Assembly (NCBI GenBank): GCA_977017575.1
Contig: CDRNVI010000149.1
Coordinates: forward strand, 1-64,000
Length of the DNA: 64,000 nt
Direction of reading: 5' to 3'
Origin: Paramoeba atlantica
Lineage: Eukaryota > Protista > Discosea
This document shows, piece by piece, positions 61,145-64,000 of the stretch. The position numbers and the translations under genes are program-made. The first letter of the stretch is position 1; each line of letters starts with the position of its first letter. The notes beneath the pieces are model-generated. The model had not been told where the DNA came from. It did not search any database and saw only the letters and a list, made by a program, of their open reading frames with translations.

Positions 61145-62293
61145 TCAACAAAATCGGAGGCATGTTGTCATTACATGGATCCCACCATCAACAGCAATTG
61201 AACTCGAAGATGAACTTGAAGATGAACTTGAAGATGAACTTGAAGATGAACTCGAAGGTGAACTTGAAGATGAACTCGAAGATGAACTTGAAAATGAACT
61301 TGAAGATGAACTTGAAGATGCACCTCCAGTGAGGAGGGCAGAACGCTTACAGGCAGCACGAGTTGAGTCTTCGATGTATCCTTGAGCCACTCGATGACTT
61401 GACCAAGCCCCAGACACCATCAATTGGTCAGTCGTACCCCCATTCTCCACCATCACAGTTGCACCAGTTTGTCAGAATGAGTGTGACGCACACTCAGCAG
61501 GATCGTAGAAGCCAACTTTTTGGCAATCACAGAGACTTGATTTTTTCCCAGAAGTTGGTCAACAAAGCGCCCATTCCGAAAACCCCACCACAAACAATCT
61601 TTTCCTTCAGTGAGCTCAAGGTGTTTTCTCAGCTGGGCAGCTGTGTAAACAGTCCAACAGTTGGAACATGCACACGTGTTTTCTGGATGTTCTGTGATTT
61701 TGCTGTAGAACAAATGAAACCGAGCCATCATCATTAAAAGTGACGTCTCGCACGCCATGTGAGAGCAACAACCTCATTCACACACGCCAACCCATAAAAA
61801 GAAATGAGCACAATCAAAGTTTCTTGTCTTTCTTTGGGGTCTTGGGGGAGAACGCTCTGTCCACAACTCAATCTTCATGACGAATCTCATTCTTCATGAA
61901 GATCCTCTTTTTGGTTGCTTTGTAGTCGTAACAATTTTTCTTTAAGATCTGGTTCAGTTGCTGACATGACCCAAGATCAACTGCATGTTTCAAGTAAACG
62001 TATTGTTTTGCCGACGAAACCACAGGGGAAAAAGACCCACGCTCAAACACGCGTTTCCCGCTTTGGTTGACCAAAATATTACAAGTACCCCTCATAAAAT
62101 TCGATCAAGAGGTGTTTGTTGGCACTAAAGTCGATCCCATTCTCCTTCTTCAAATCGAGAAAGTGCTCCAGCTGTGCACCTGCAGATAAAACACTTCTTC
62201 GGGTGGTTGTGGGACCACGGAGAAACTCTTGGACAGATCATCTTGTCTCATCAAGGCCTGCTTCTTGGAGAGAGTAAGCGGTTTTACCGACAT
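61145..62293 (-). pseudogene. Tyrosine recombinase pseudogene (Crypton-like)
   Basis: Stitched frames: YKATKKRIFMKNEI; LISFYGLA(C<R)VNEVVALTWRDVTF (box I); RNGRFVDQLLGKNQV; SHSF(*<R)QTGATVMVENG (HxxR); SGAWSS; AQGYIEDS (catalytic Tyr). Confidence 0.8.
61196..61322. repeat. 12-bp tandem repeat (gaagatgaactt) x ~10
   Basis: Read directly; encodes poly-Ser in the recombinase frame. Confidence 0.95.
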
Positions 62294-62374
62294 TGACGAA
62301 GAATCCTGTGTCTCAAAATTAAAAACGCCCTGTACGATTAAACAGCCTTTTTCGAGCGGTTGATAAACATCTGT

Positions 62375-62377
62375 TTT

Positions 62378-62421
<44 letters not shown>

Positions 62422-63495
62422 CTTTTTTTTTTCTTTTTTTTTCTATTTTTCTATTTTTTTTCTTTTTTCTTTTTCTTTTCTTTTCTTTTCTTTTTCTTTT
62501 TCTTTTCTTTTTTTTTTCTTTGTTTTCTTTTCTTTTCTTTTTCTTTTTTTTTTCTTTTTTTTTCTTTTTTTTTCTTTTTTTTTCTTTTATTTTTCTTTTT
62601 TTCTTTTTTTCTTTTTTTCTTTTTTTTCTTTTCTTTTCCTTTTCCTTTTTTCTTTTTCTTTTTCTTTTTCTTCTTTTTCTTTTTCTTTTTCTTTTTCTTT
62701 TTTTTTCTTTTTTTTTCTTCTTTTTCTCCTCTTCCTTCTTTTTTTCTTTCTTTTTTTTTTCTTTTTTTTTCTTCTTTTTCTTTCTTCTTCTTTTTTTTTC
62801 TTTTTTTCTTTCTTTTTTTTTCTTTTTTTCTTTTCTTTTTTCTATTTTCTTTCTTTGTCTTTTTTTTTTTTTTTCCTTTTTCTCTTTTTTTTCTTTTTTT
62901 TTTCTTTTTTCTTTTTTTCTTTTTTTCTTTTTCTTTTTTTTTCTTTTTTTTCTTTTCTTTTTCTTTTTTTTTTCTTTTTTTCTTTTCTTTTTTTTCTTTT
63001 CTTTTTCTTTTTTTTTTTTTTTCTTTTCTTTTCTTTTCTTTTCTCTTTTTTTTTCTTTTTTTTTCTGTGTTTTCTTTTTTCTTTTTTTCTTTTTTTCTTT
63101 TTTTCTTTTTTCTTTTTTCTTTTCTTTCTTTTTTCTTTTTTCTTTTCTTTCTTTTTCTTTTTTTTCTTTTTTTTTTTTCTTTTTTTTTCTTTTTTTTCTT
63201 TTTTCTTTTTTCTTTTCTTTTCTTTTTCTTTTTTTTCTTTCTTTTTTTTCTTTTCTTTTCTTTTCTTTTCTTTTCTTTTTTTTCTTTCTTTTTTTCTTTT
63301 CTTTCTGTGTTTTCTTTTTTCTTTTTTTCTTTTTTTCTTTTTTTCTTTTTTTCTTTTTTTCTTTTTTTCTTTTTTTCTTTTTCTTTTTTTTTCTTTTTCT
63401 TTTTTCTTCCTTTGTTTCTTCCTTTTTTTCCTTCCTTTTTTTTCCTTCTTTTTCTTAATTTCTTTCTTTATTTTTTCTTATTTTTTATTTTTTAA
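62375..63495. repeat. ~1.1-kb polypyrimidine low-complexity tract followed by an A-rich tract
   Basis: Almost only T and C on the + strand; the poly-F ORFs here are artefacts. Confidence 0.95.
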
Positions 63496-64000
63496 GAAAA
63501 GAAATTAAGAAGAAAAATAAGAAAAAAGAAAAAAGAAAAAAAAAAGAAAAAGAAAAAGAAAAAGAAAAGAAAAAAAAAAAAATTATGAAAAAATAAAAAA
63601 GAAAGAAAAAGAAAGAAAAAGAAAGAAAAAAAGAAAAAAATAACTAAAAAAAAGAAAAAAAAAAGAACAGAAAAAAAAGAAAAAAAAAAGAACAGAAAAA
63701 AAAGAAAAATAAGAAGAAAAAAAATATAAAAACAAGAAAAAAGAATTATTTTTCTTTCTTTTATTGACTTTTGTTTCTTTTACAAGACTCTTTCTTAGAT
63801 TTCTTTTTTTCTTTCTTCTCCTTTTCTGAAATTGGAAAAAAACTGGCCTTTTCAAATCTTTTTTTTATTTTGAGAAAAAGAAAGAAGAAAGTGTTCGATT
63901 TGGTAAGAATTTTTGGAGAATTTGGGTAATTTTTTTGACTTCTTTTTTTGAACCTCCTTCTTTTTGATTATGATTAACTAATTAATTATTAATATTGAAC

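Noticed and set aside
60801-61385. Plus-strand (EDEL)n acidic protein
   Set aside because: Its N-terminus is low-complexity poly-F, and the opposite strand carries recombinase motifs.
23732-62293. TGA reassignment or readthrough (many decayed frames are broken by in-frame TGA)
   Set aside because: TGA falls at a position that must be Arg (recombinase HxxR) and at one that may be Trp (cofilin). TAA stops and frameshifts co-occur, and CGA>TGA or TGG>TGA fits the observed mutation bias.
51590-63855. Numerous poly-F/L/S and poly-K/R/E ORFs, including 62360..63508
   Set aside because: They are translations of T/C- or A/G-rich low-complexity DNA, open in several frames at once.

Overview
AT-rich eukaryotic DNA (taxon cannot be determined from sequence alone) that looks heterochromatic; I found no intact host gene. 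(1) 1-37.3 kb is a nested graveyard of L1-like LINEs (ORF1; ORF2 = APE endonuclease-RT-CCHC-RNase H). It also holds two tRNA-derived SINE families, a TIR element and an unclassified decayed element in two inverted copies. One young, 5'-truncated L1 (23566-27710) has a perfect 18-bp TSD. (2) 37.4-45.8 kb is a near-perfect satellite of 22 x 382 bp, each unit a 195+187 bp dimer. (3) 46.3-51.7 kb is a decayed Ty3/gypsy element with both LTRs. (4) 51.7-64 kb is low-complexity DNA with a decayed ADF/cofilin-like gene, a foldback element, a CACTA-ended MITE and a tyrosine-recombinase (Crypton-like) pseudogene. The main signal is pervasive C>T/G>A hypermutation in CpG and non-CpG contexts. It is recorded in sequence pairs that should have been identical at origin (TSDs, LTRs, direct repeats) and appears heavier in the copies nearest the satellite on both sides. 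This suggests a RIP-like or methylation-driven genome-defence process around a candidate centromere. All alignments and counts were done by eye, and boundaries of decayed elements are approximate.
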